64,000 bases of DNA from contig JABUFB010000019.1 of NCBI GenBank assembly GCA_013314775.1, positions 3,189 to 67,188 on the forward strand. The letters are read 5' to 3'. The DNA comes from Armatimonadota bacterium (GTDB lineage Bacteria > Armatimonadota > Zipacnadia > Zipacnadales > JABUFB01). Each line of letters opens with the position of its first letter. Within the stretch, counting starts at the first letter, position 1. Both the position numbers and the translations under genes were made by a program. Shown here one piece after another: positions 38,687 through 47,139 of the stretch. Under the pieces are notes generated by a model. The model had not been told where the DNA came from, ran no database searches, and worked only from the letters and a program-made list of their open reading frames with translations.

Positions 38687-40000
38687 ATGGAGGACAAACG
38701 AATGACCATTGTCAAAGTCGAGCGGCTGTCCGACCTCACCCCCGAACGCCGGCAGGCAATCCTGAGCCGCTCCATGGAGGAGATTGGGGACGTCTTCGAC
38801 AACGTGCGCCAGATCTGCGAGGACATCCGCAAGCGCGGAGATCAGGTCTCTCTGGAGCATTACAAGAAGCTCAAGGAAGATATCGTGCCGGCCGATCTGA
38901 AGGTGACCCGCGCTGAGATCGATGCCGCTTACGCACAGGTTGGCGACAAGGTCGTCGAGCAACTCAGGTTCGTGGCCGCAAACATCGAGAAGTTCCACCG
39001 CGCCCAGTTCGAGCGAGACATGTGGTCTGTGGAGATTGCTCCGGGCATACTGGCCGGGCGCATCACCCGGCCCATGGACAGTGCGGGCTGCTACATCCCG
39101 GGGCGCCAGGCGAACTACCCCTCCAGCGTTCTCATGACCATCATCCCGGCCAAGGTGGCGGGGGTGCAGCAGATCGTGGCCTGCACTCCGCCCGACACCG
39201 GTATGGTCGCCAACAACACCTCACTGGTTGCCGCGGACATCGCCGGTTGTGCCGATATCTTCAAGATCGGCGGCCCGTGGGCAGTTGCGAGTATGGCCTA
39301 TGGTACCGATCTGGTACCCAAGGTGGACAAGATTGTGGGACCGGGCAACAAATATGTGACTGCTGCGAAAATGGCGGTCTTCGGCTCCGTTGCCATCGAC
39401 TCCCCAGCGGGCCCCAGCGAGATCTTGATTTTGGCCGACGACACCGCTAACCCCGAGTGGATTGCGATGGATTTCTACTCGCAGGTCGAGCATGACCAGG
39501 ACGCCGCCGCGGTTCTCGTCACCCCGGACGCCGGTCTTGCACAGGCTGTTGCTGACGCGATCAATGACAAGTTCAAGACCATCGCCCGGCGCGAGATACT
39601 CGCCCCGGCGCTGGAGCACAATTCGGCGATTCTCGTGGCAGACACCATGGATGACGCTATCGATTTCACCAATGAGTACGCCACCGAGCATCTCGAGGTG
39701 GTCACCCGCGACCCCATGCTCATGCTCCCGCGCATCAAGCACGCGGGCTCCATCTTCCTGGGGCCATACGCCCCGGTACCGGTAGGCGACTACGCCTCCG
39801 GCACCAACCACGTCCTGCCTACCGGCCAGTGCGCGCGGATGTTCAGTGGCCTGTCTACCGATGATTTCATCAAGAAGCCGACCTGGCAATTCCTGTCCAG
39901 GGATGGCCTGAAGCACCTGTCCGAGGCCGTTCTAGTTCTTTCCGAGGCCGAGGGCCTGCCGTTGCACGGCGAGACCGTGCGGGTGCGGCTGGAGGAGTAG
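38687..40000 (+). CDS. hisD: histidinol dehydrogenase HisD
   Basis: 437 aa. IVGPGNKYVTAAK, DSPAGPSEIL, SQVEHD, HLE motifs. Confidence 0.9.
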   Translation: MEDKRMTIVKVERLSDLTPERRQAILSRSMEEIGDVFDNVRQICEDIRKRGDQVSLEHYKKLKEDIVPADLKVTRAEIDAAYAQVGDKVVEQLRFVAANIEKFHRAQFERDMWSVEIAPGILAGRITRPMDSAGCYIPGRQANYPSSVLMTIIPAKVAGVQQIVACTPPDTGMVANNTSLVAADIAGCADIFKIGGPWAVASMAYGTDLVPKVDKIVGPGNKYVTAAKMAVFGSVAIDSPAGPSEILILADDTANPEWIAMDFYSQVEHDQDAAAVLVTPDAGLAQAVADAINDKFKTIARREILAPALEHNSAILVADTMDDAIDFTNEYATEHLEVVTRDPMLMLPRIKHAGSIFLGPYAPVPVGDYASGTNHVLPTGQCARMFSGLSTDDFIKKPTWQFLSRDGLKHLSEAVLVLSEAEGLPLHGETVRVRLEE

Positions 40001-40041
40001 GAGGGACGGCTGGCGCCCCAATAACTGTGAGGTGACTGCGC

Positions 40042-41184
40042 GTGATTACCCGCATCTACATCGACAACTACAAGTGCTTCAGCAACTTCGAGTACCGCCC
40101 GGCTGCGAATGAGCTGTTGCTAGGGAGAAATGGTGTCGGCAAATCATCCGTGTTCGACGTTCTGAGGATGCTGCGTGGCCTAGTGTACGATGGCACCTCC
40201 ATAGCAGACTCTGACTGCCTGGGCTTGGGCACGCGCACCATCTGGGACACACGCGAAAATCAGTTGTTCGAGCTCGAGGTCGCCGGGAATGGCGGAGCCT
40301 ATCACTATTCGCTCAGCATCGAGTATGATGAGGAGAAAACACGGTCCCGGATAGGCGTCGAGGAGCTGAAGTTCAGCCCGAGGGACTCCGCAGAACTGCG
40401 CCTGTTCCGGCGTGAGCGCGACGAAGGTTGGCTGTTTCGCGACAACGGGAGCGACGGACCGGAGGTGAGGTTGGATTGGAATCGATCCGGTCTCTTCTCG
40501 ATCCAGCCACGACACGACAACACACGGCTGACTTGGTTCAAGGAACGCTTGGGCCAGACACACTGCATTCGCGTTGTACCCGCCCAGATGTCCGGATGGA
40601 CTGAACGCGAAGACGACGCACCAGACTCAACACTCTCAAACCTGTCTTCGTGGTATCGACACCTCAACCAGGAGGAGCCTCGTGTTCGAGACGCCCTCCA
40701 CCGCTCGCTGCAGGCCGTGATAGACGGATTCTCAACTTTCTCGTTGAGGCGCGTCACTGAGGAAGGCAGGCGCCTAGTCGTGGAACTGGAGTCGGAGGGC
40801 AGCCCGCACACCTACGACCTAAGCCAGCTTTCGGACGGGCAACGTGCCCTTATTGGGCTCTATACGCTCAGCGCATACGCGTCACAGTACCCTTCGAGCG
40901 CAGCCAAGTCGGTAACGCTGTGTGTGGACGAACCCGAGAACTTCGTGGCGCTCTCAGAACTCCAGCCCTGGATCCACGAGATGGAGGACTGCGTGGATGG
41001 CGAGCGAGTCCAATTGCTGCTTGCCTCCCACCATCCGGAGTTCATCAACCACTATGCGCATACAAGCGCGGTGCTTCTGTACCGCGTGAGAGGGGGGCCA
41101 ACCCGGGTAAGGGCTTTCGATGGGGCCAACCCAGACGGCTTGGCACCTGCCGAGATTGTGGCACGGGGGTGGGAAGATGAGTAG
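40042..41184 (+). CDS. AAA_21/AAA_15-type ABC ATPase (OLD/AbiL/PARIS-AriA-like)
   Basis: GTG start. MITRIYIDNYKCFSNFEYRP...GRNGVGKSS (Walker A), LSDGQRALI (signature-like), LCVDEPENFV (Walker B), ASHHPEF (H-loop). 380 aa. 41 nt after hisD. Confidence 0.7.
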   Translation: MITRIYIDNYKCFSNFEYRPAANELLLGRNGVGKSSVFDVLRMLRGLVYDGTSIADSDCLGLGTRTIWDTRENQLFELEVAGNGGAYHYSLSIEYDEEKTRSRIGVEELKFSPRDSAELRLFRRERDEGWLFRDNGSDGPEVRLDWNRSGLFSIQPRHDNTRLTWFKERLGQTHCIRVVPAQMSGWTEREDDAPDSTLSNLSSWYRHLNQEEPRVRDALHRSLQAVIDGFSTFSLRRVTEEGRRLVVELESEGSPHTYDLSQLSDGQRALIGLYTLSAYASQYPSSAAKSVTLCVDEPENFVALSELQPWIHEMEDCVDGERVQLLLASHHPEFINHYAHTSAVLLYRVRGGPTRVRAFDGANPDGLAPAEIVARGWEDE

Positions 41185-41710
41185 GGGGGCGGAAGTGGTT
41201 CTGCTGTGTGAGGACAAGCAGCACGATTGCTTCTTTCGTCGATTGCTCAAGCTACTAGGGTACGGGCGCATCCGAGTCAGGGAAGACTATCCTAAGGGGG
41301 GAGGAGAGGCCGGCGAGGGTTTCGTGCGTCGGGAGTTCGCGGCGGAAGCCAAATGGCAGCGGCGCAGAGCGTCCAGAATGAAGTGCGGCCTGTTGGTGGT
41401 CATTGACGCAGACTCTCGCAGCGTAGACCAGCGGCGCAACGATGTGCTGGGTCCGCTCGATCCACCCCGCGCCGCCAACGAGAATATAGCCATCTTCGTG
41501 CCGAAGCGTAACATCGAGACCTGGATCGCCTACCTGAAGGACGGCGTCGCGGTGGATGAAGTCTCGCCGTACCGGAGGTACCCTGGCTGCGAGAGCAAAT
41601 GTCATCCCGCTGTTGATCGCTTTCTCGAAATTGCCCGGACGGGGGTCCCCTCCGACTGCCCGGACTCGCTTTGCAGAACCATTCGAGAAGAGTACCCGCG
41701 TCTGCCCTGA
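41174..41710 (+). CDS. small TOPRIM-like protein (DUF4276/RloB-like) partner of the ABC ATPase
   Basis: ATG overlaps the ATPase gene by 11 nt (translational coupling). Translation MSRGAEVVLLCEDKQHD... fits the hhhhxEGxxD TOPRIM start. LLVVIDADSR supplies a DxD. 178 aa. Followed by about 250 bp of lower-GC, ORF-free DNA. Confidence 0.5.
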   Translation, partial: KMSRGAEVVLLCEDKQHDCFFRRLLKLLGYGRIRVREDYPKGGGEAGEGFVRREFAAEAKWQRRRASRMKCGLLVVIDADSRSVDQRRNDVLGPLDPPRAANENIAIFVPKRNIETWIAYLKDGVAVDEVSPYRRYPGCESKCHPAVDRFLEIARTGVPSDCPDSLCRTIREEYPRLP

Positions 41711-41957
41711 TCACCGACGGGACTGCCCGATTCCACGGCGCTTGCTTGAGTTCGGCATTCCGAACCGAGATTGAGGAAAGCAATATTCCGCTCATTTGGT
41801 CGTCACGGCCGAGGACGTTGGAAGCCCTACCGCAAGAAGCTTGAGCTGTCACGGAAGCGTACTTCGACGCCCAATGCGGGCGGCTCTCTGCGTCACCGGA
41901 GAACACTGGCGTCTGAGCTATGTGGAACATCCAGCGCCTGCCATCTGACGAACCGTG

Positions 41958-43115
41958 CTATTCCTCTTCCTGACGTGACCGCGCCTGGACCATGCGCGCG
42001 ATGGCCTGATGGTCCCACCAGATGTCCTGGAGGATCTGGCCGGCGATCTGCTGGGCACTTGGCAACGTTTGTGCGGACAGCCACGGCTCGATGTTTGGAC
42101 GGGTGATTGAAGCCCGGAATACCATGACATCCTGCTCTCGGCCGCTGTCGTCGGGAACGCGGGCAAGAGCGCGAACAATGAGGGTACCCAGTCCCTGTTC
42201 GGTGCGCATGGCATTGACACCGGCATAGAATGCGGCGATGAGCAACTCGTTCTCAAGTCGTCCGAGGTCGGAGGTGGGCGGCATTGAGATGGTCAGGATG
42301 CCGAGCCCGGCGTACTCGTCGAAGGCCATCGCGGTGGCTTTCGCGGACAGGCCGCCTGCCCCCGCGCGTTCGAGATGGAGCTGTGACATGATCCGCCGGT
42401 CTACATCGCTGGCCACGGCGGACGACGCCCGCTGCACTCGCTGTCCCTGAGGGCGCTGAACGGGTGGATTCGCGCTTGAGCCGCCCACCGGACTGCGATA
42501 TTGCGGCCCGCTTGCGGTGGGCACGGCAGCCGAGCCAAGAGGGGGCCGCGTTGTGTCCGGCAGCGGGCCCGCCGGCCCCGGAGCCACGGGCGCGGATACA
42601 CCTTCCGCCTGCGTGGCGACCTCCGCATCCGTGGCGGTCGGCGTATATTCCAGCTCCTGGGCGCCGCCACCATTCGCGGCCCTGACGAGAAGGAGACCGA
42701 GAATCGGTATCATCAGGATGCCCAGTATGACCGCGACGATCACCCACGTGGGAGTCCAAGCCTTGCGGGCAGGGGCTGGAGCTACGATCGGGGGGGACAC
42801 CACTGGGGCCTCATCACCGCGGATTGCATGACGCCGCGCTGCGGCAAGGCGCTCCATGACGGCTCGGTCGAAGTTCAGGTCCAGCGCGCGCTCATAGAAA
42901 TCCACCGCTTTCGGCCAGTCGCCGGTTCCCGCGTACGCGTCACCCAGCACCGCCCACGCGGCGCCGCTCTCCGGGTAGCGTTCGACAATACTCTCACACA
43001 GGCCAACGGCGGAGTCGAACTGGCTGGCACGTATGAAGGTCTGCGCCTGAGCGATCTCTTGCTCCAATGTAGCGTGCGACCGGGTCTCTTCGGACAAGTA
43101 CCACACCTCCGCCAA
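41958..43115 (-). CDS. TPR-repeat membrane-anchored protein
   Basis: N-terminal TPR helices (AWAVLGDAYAGTGDWPKAVDFYERALDL). Single TM (WVIVAVILGILMIPILGLLLV). Pro-rich linker and C-terminal globular domain. Confidence 0.5.
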   Translation of the reverse strand: MAEVWYLSEETRSHATLEQEIAQAQTFIRASQFDSAVGLCESIVERYPESGAAWAVLGDAYAGTGDWPKAVDFYERALDLNFDRAVMERLAAARRHAIRGDEAPVVSPPIVAPAPARKAWTPTWVIVAVILGILMIPILGLLLVRAANGGGAQELEYTPTATDAEVATQAEGVSAPVAPGPAGPLPDTTRPPLGSAAVPTASGPQYRSPVGGSSANPPVQRPQGQRVQRASSAVASDVDRRIMSQLHLERAGAGGLSAKATAMAFDEYAGLGILTISMPPTSDLGRLENELLIAAFYAGVNAMRTEQGLGTLIVRALARVPDDSGREQDVMVFRASITRPNIEPWLSAQTLPSAQQIAGQILQDIWWDHQAIARMVQARSRQEEE

Positions 43116-43169
43116 TCGCGTTGCGGTTGCCGGCCGACCGACATTGGGGCCGCAGTCAGGTCGGTCCTT

Positions 43170-43694
43170 TCAGTCCTCGAGCGACCCCAAATGCTCCACC
43201 TCCGCGGGCCATTCGCCTTTTGTGTCGCCCACCCTTGGTTGGATATCCTTCTCCATCCGGACTCGGGCGATGCGGTAGCCGCAGTGCTTGTAGAGCGCCA
43301 CTGCTGACTCGTTGCAGCAACTGGCATCAAGGCTAAGGCGTTCCACGCCTCTTTGAAGGCACCAGGTCTCGGCGAAACCCAGGAGCATCTTGCCGTAGCC
43401 CTGCCCACGGATGTCCGGCGCGACGTATATATTCTTGATGTATCCAATGCACGGATCGACCATTGTGGCGATCAGTGACAGCCACAGGAAACCGAGGGTG
43501 CGCCGCCCGTCTTCCAGGACAAAGAGACCTTCTGTGGCGTCGTTACGGTACGATCGCCGTAGTTGCTCGCCGTAGTCCCGAAGGAACTGGGCATCAGCAA
43601 CAAAGCCCGGGAAGTTGGTTTCGTAGATTTCGCGCTGGAACTCGACCACCGCCCGGCCATGCCTGCGCCAGTCAAACGGCCTGATTTGAACCAT
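43170..43694 (-). CDS. GNAT family N-acetyltransferase
   Basis: 174 aa from MVQIRPFDW. Acetyl-CoA motif IRGQGYGKMLL. The longer track ORF upstream is not supported. Confidence 0.7.
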   Translation of the reverse strand: MVQIRPFDWRRHGRAVVEFQREIYETNFPGFVADAQFLRDYGEQLRRSYRNDATEGLFVLEDGRRTLGFLWLSLIATMVDPCIGYIKNIYVAPDIRGQGYGKMLLGFAETWCLQRGVERLSLDASCCNESAVALYKHCGYRIARVRMEKDIQPRVGDTKGEWPAEVEHLGSLED

Positions 43695-43929
43695 GGTGTG
43701 ACTCCCGTGCTCTGGCTCGAAGTTACCCCCCGCCGGGGCCCCCTCAAACCACAACCGCCATCCTCTACACACATATTCGCGATCCCCTCCCATGTTCCTT
43801 GCGGACGCGACAAGACGGAAGGGAAAACGGGGTAGCGTGACGAACCAACGCCGCGCACAGGGGCAAAGTGGGTGCGCTCCGGCGCATGTTGAGCCCATAT
43901 AACGGCCCCGGAGAAAGGAAATCGCAGTC

Positions 43930-44934
43930 ATGGAACAACTGGGAATCGCCATCATCGGCCTGCGCATGGGATACGGGCATTTCCGTAATGCCCAGACCTT
44001 GCCGGGCACGAAACTTGTCGCCGTCTGCGATCTGGACCAGGATCTGCTCGCCCAGACCCAACGCGAGTTCGACGTTCCCTTCGCCACCACCGAGTTCGAG
44101 GCCGTGCTGGAGCGCGATGACGTGCATATCGTCTCCATCACCACCCCGGACCCCCTGCACCACCCGCAGACCCTTGCGGCCCTGGAAGCTGGTAAGCATG
44201 TGCTTGTGGAGAAGCCCATGGCCCTGAATGTGCAGGAATGCGAGGACATGGTCAACGCCGCCCGCGAACGCAATCTCAAGCTGATGGTGGCCCATGTCTG
44301 CCGCTTCTACAGCTTTTTCGAGCAGGTGAAGACCTGGTCGGAGGACGGAACCCTGGGCAAGCCGTACTACGTGGAGACCAGCTACATCCACAACTACGAG
44401 GACATCCCGGGCGTGGGCGACTGGCGCTGGGACCCGGAGAAGCGCCATCCTTTCGTGGGCGGGGCTTGTCACGCGGTTGATCTCGCGCGCTGGCTGGGCG
44501 GGGACATAGAGGAAGTCCACGCCTACGGCAACCACTTCAATATCCCGCAACAGAAGTGGGAAGACCATATAATCGCCAACGTGAAGTTCAAGAGCGGCGC
44601 GGTGGGCCGCATCATGAACTCCTCGGGCTGCCCGCGTCCGTACAATATCGAGTGCGAGGTCTGGGGAACCGAGGGGACTATCTGCGGGGACAATACCCGG
44701 GACGTGGCGCAACTGGCCCTGCGCACCACAGGCTACAAGAAGTGGCTGACGTACCCGAAGGAGACCATGGCCAAGGCCATCGCCAACGAGATCGGGCATT
44801 TCGTGGATTGCGTACGCAATGACAAGACGCCGCTGATCGACGGCGTTGACGGTGCGAAGACCATCGCGACCTGCTGGGCGGTCATCGAATCCATCGCCAG
44901 CGGCCAGCCGGTCAAGGTAAGGAATGAGTTCTGA
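43930..44934 (+). CDS. Gfo/Idh/MocA family oxidoreductase
   Basis: LGIAIIGLRMGYGHF Rossmann, VLVEKPMAL EKP motif, 334 aa. Confidence 0.75.
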   Translation: MEQLGIAIIGLRMGYGHFRNAQTLPGTKLVAVCDLDQDLLAQTQREFDVPFATTEFEAVLERDDVHIVSITTPDPLHHPQTLAALEAGKHVLVEKPMALNVQECEDMVNAARERNLKLMVAHVCRFYSFFEQVKTWSEDGTLGKPYYVETSYIHNYEDIPGVGDWRWDPEKRHPFVGGACHAVDLARWLGGDIEEVHAYGNHFNIPQQKWEDHIIANVKFKSGAVGRIMNSSGCPRPYNIECEVWGTEGTICGDNTRDVAQLALRTTGYKKWLTYPKETMAKAIANEIGHFVDCVRNDKTPLIDGVDGAKTIATCWAVIESIASGQPVKVRNEF

Positions 44935-45331
44935 AGGTACGGGCCGCTCTGATCTGGGGTATGTCAAGGGCCCGGCGGAAGTGTACAGCCGCATCTCGAC
45001 CGTAGCCCCCGCAGGGCGCCAGCCATTTGCCAGAAGGCTCAGCTGGTGGGATCAGGCTCTGCGACCGCGGATGAGCCCCGAAGAGGTGCTAGAGATTCTC
45101 TGGGTCTGCCGCCCCTTCGGGGCTCTCCATTTCCATGTGCGCCGATCCCACGGGTTCCGTTGCGCTTCGCCTCCACCCGTGGCTATCAGCTGCCACCCGC
45201 TATGCGGGCTGTGAGGCAACGCCCATGCTGACTCTCGGTTGCTGATCGGGCGCCGCACGGTCCTCGGCCGCCTGTCTCCCCTTTGGGGCTTTCCCGCGAT
45301 GGAGAGGCGGCAGGGTTGCTGCCGTGGTCCC

Positions 45332-47116
45332 TCACTCCGGCCATTTCTCCGGCCGGTACTTCATGATGACCTCGTTGGTCGTCGGGATGATCCCATACAG
45401 TTCCGGCCGGCGGCGGGAGAAGATCATCTCGCGCCAGCCCGGCTTCTGCTCCGGCATATCCTCGGTGAAATAGCTGGGGATGTCCCACTCGCCGCGTTTC
45501 GGCTGGTCCGCGCGCAGGCCCTCGTAGTACACCCGGCTTGCGCTGAAGTCGATGTCGTAGCTGATGACCCCCTCCTGCTGGAAGCCCGAGGACGCCATGA
45601 CCTGCCCGTACGGGTCGATGATCACGCTGCGCAGGCTGGCGTCCGAGGAGTTCCAGTGTGAGCAGGCCACCCAGAATGCATTGTCCGCGGCCCGAGCGCG
45701 CAGGAGCGTCTCATTCACACGGCCATTGGGTCCCCACATCTGGCTTGGGTCCAGCAGCAGCTCCACACCGTTCAGGGCAAGCGTCCGGTCCAGGAAGGGA
45801 GCATACAGGTCGCCGCAGGTGTGGGTGCTGATGCGCGCGAAGTCCGTGTCGATCCAGGTCAGTTCGGGGAACCCGCTGGGCCAGTAGATGGGTTGCCCGA
45901 ACACCTCCCTGCCTTGCCGGTCCCACAGGCGCGCGATGCTGATGAAGTCTTTGTCGCCCAGGCCGCCGATGAGGATATAGCAGCCGTATTCGCGGGCCTT
46001 CTCGGCGATGACCGCGAAGGCCTGCTGAGTGACCGGGTCCTCCGCCTTCGCCGCCTGCTCGGACGCCAGAATGATGTCCGGTTTGAGTTCCGCGGCTTTG
46101 TCGATGAGTTCGAACAGCCGCTGGGGAAGCTCCCCATCGCGCCAGATATTCTCGGAGTTCATGGCGATCACGGCCAGGCGCGCGGTGCGTTTCTCATACC
46201 GGGGAAGCTCCGGCGGTGACCACGGTTCGGCCACCGGGTGGAATGCTTTCCGGTCGCCGAGGACGTTTACGTAGAAGCAGTTCTCGTCCTTCTTCCAGCC
46301 TTTGTAAGGGTCCACCTTGCGCTTGTCCAGGTTCACGGTAGCGGTGGCCACGCCGTCCTCGAAGCCGGTGTCGGCGATTGGCACCCCAACGCGGTTCACG
46401 ATCATGCTCCGTCCCCAGGCAGCGCCCTGCATGCCGTAGTTGTAGCGGTTGCTGATATACGGGCGCGGGTCGGAATAGTGCGCGGCGATGAGGTGCGCGT
46501 GGCTGTCGACGGCCCGCGCGGTAAGGAGCGGCTCCCAGGTGCTGTGGTCCCGGAAGCGTTCGGGGAAATGCTGCCACAAGAGGATCTCCGCGCCCTTCAT
46601 GCGCAGGACCTCGTAGATCTCCGGAAAATAGAAGTCGGTGCCGATGGTTGCGCCGATGACGCCGAAATCGGTGGTGAACACCTCGAGATCGTCGCCGAGG
46701 GACAGGTCGTCGTCGGGCAGGGCGTGGGTCTTGCGGGACTTGAACGCCACCTTGCCTCCGCGGTCGAGAAGCACCGAGGTGGCATAGACCCGCTCCCCAT
46801 CGTCCTCAATCATCGCCAGGGCGAGGTAGGTGCGGTTGGCCGCGGCGAGCGTTCGGAAGGCAGAAAGGTCCTGTGCCTCGTGCCCCGTGCGGAAGGTGAG
46901 GAACGGCGTGTAGGGCAGCACCACGAGATCGCTGCCCGGTATTGCGCAGGCGCGTTCGGCCATCTGCAGGACGTACTCCGGGTTCTGGAACTCCTTGCCC
47001 TCCAGCAGGCACACGGAAGACAGGACGACGACACGGTCGGCGGCGTTGGCGGCCAAGATAGACCCTCCCAGCATGGCGATCAGAAGCAACCCTCGAATGG
47101 TTTGCATCGGTACCAC
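45332..47116 (-). CDS. secreted protein with two tandem carbon-nitrogen hydrolase (nitrilase-superfamily) domains
   Basis: Signal peptide MVPMQTIRGLLLIAMLGGSILAANA. First domain has IGATIGTDFYFPE (Cys position substituted). Second domain has ISTHTCGDLYAPF with a retained Cys. Confidence 0.55.
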   Translation of the reverse strand: MVPMQTIRGLLLIAMLGGSILAANAADRVVVLSSVCLLEGKEFQNPEYVLQMAERACAIPGSDLVVLPYTPFLTFRTGHEAQDLSAFRTLAAANRTYLALAMIEDDGERVYATSVLLDRGGKVAFKSRKTHALPDDDLSLGDDLEVFTTDFGVIGATIGTDFYFPEIYEVLRMKGAEILLWQHFPERFRDHSTWEPLLTARAVDSHAHLIAAHYSDPRPYISNRYNYGMQGAAWGRSMIVNRVGVPIADTGFEDGVATATVNLDKRKVDPYKGWKKDENCFYVNVLGDRKAFHPVAEPWSPPELPRYEKRTARLAVIAMNSENIWRDGELPQRLFELIDKAAELKPDIILASEQAAKAEDPVTQQAFAVIAEKAREYGCYILIGGLGDKDFISIARLWDRQGREVFGQPIYWPSGFPELTWIDTDFARISTHTCGDLYAPFLDRTLALNGVELLLDPSQMWGPNGRVNETLLRARAADNAFWVACSHWNSSDASLRSVIIDPYGQVMASSGFQQEGVISYDIDFSASRVYYEGLRADQPKRGEWDIPSYFTEDMPEQKPGWREMIFSRRRPELYGIIPTTNEVIMKYRPEKWPE

Positions 47117-47139
47117 CCTCGTTCTTATTCAAAGGCCGA

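Noticed and set aside
43765-44994. 409-aa minus-strand ORF
   Set aside because: Antisense to the Gfo/Idh/MocA oxidoreductase gene at 43930-44934, which has a clear Rossmann/EKP signature.
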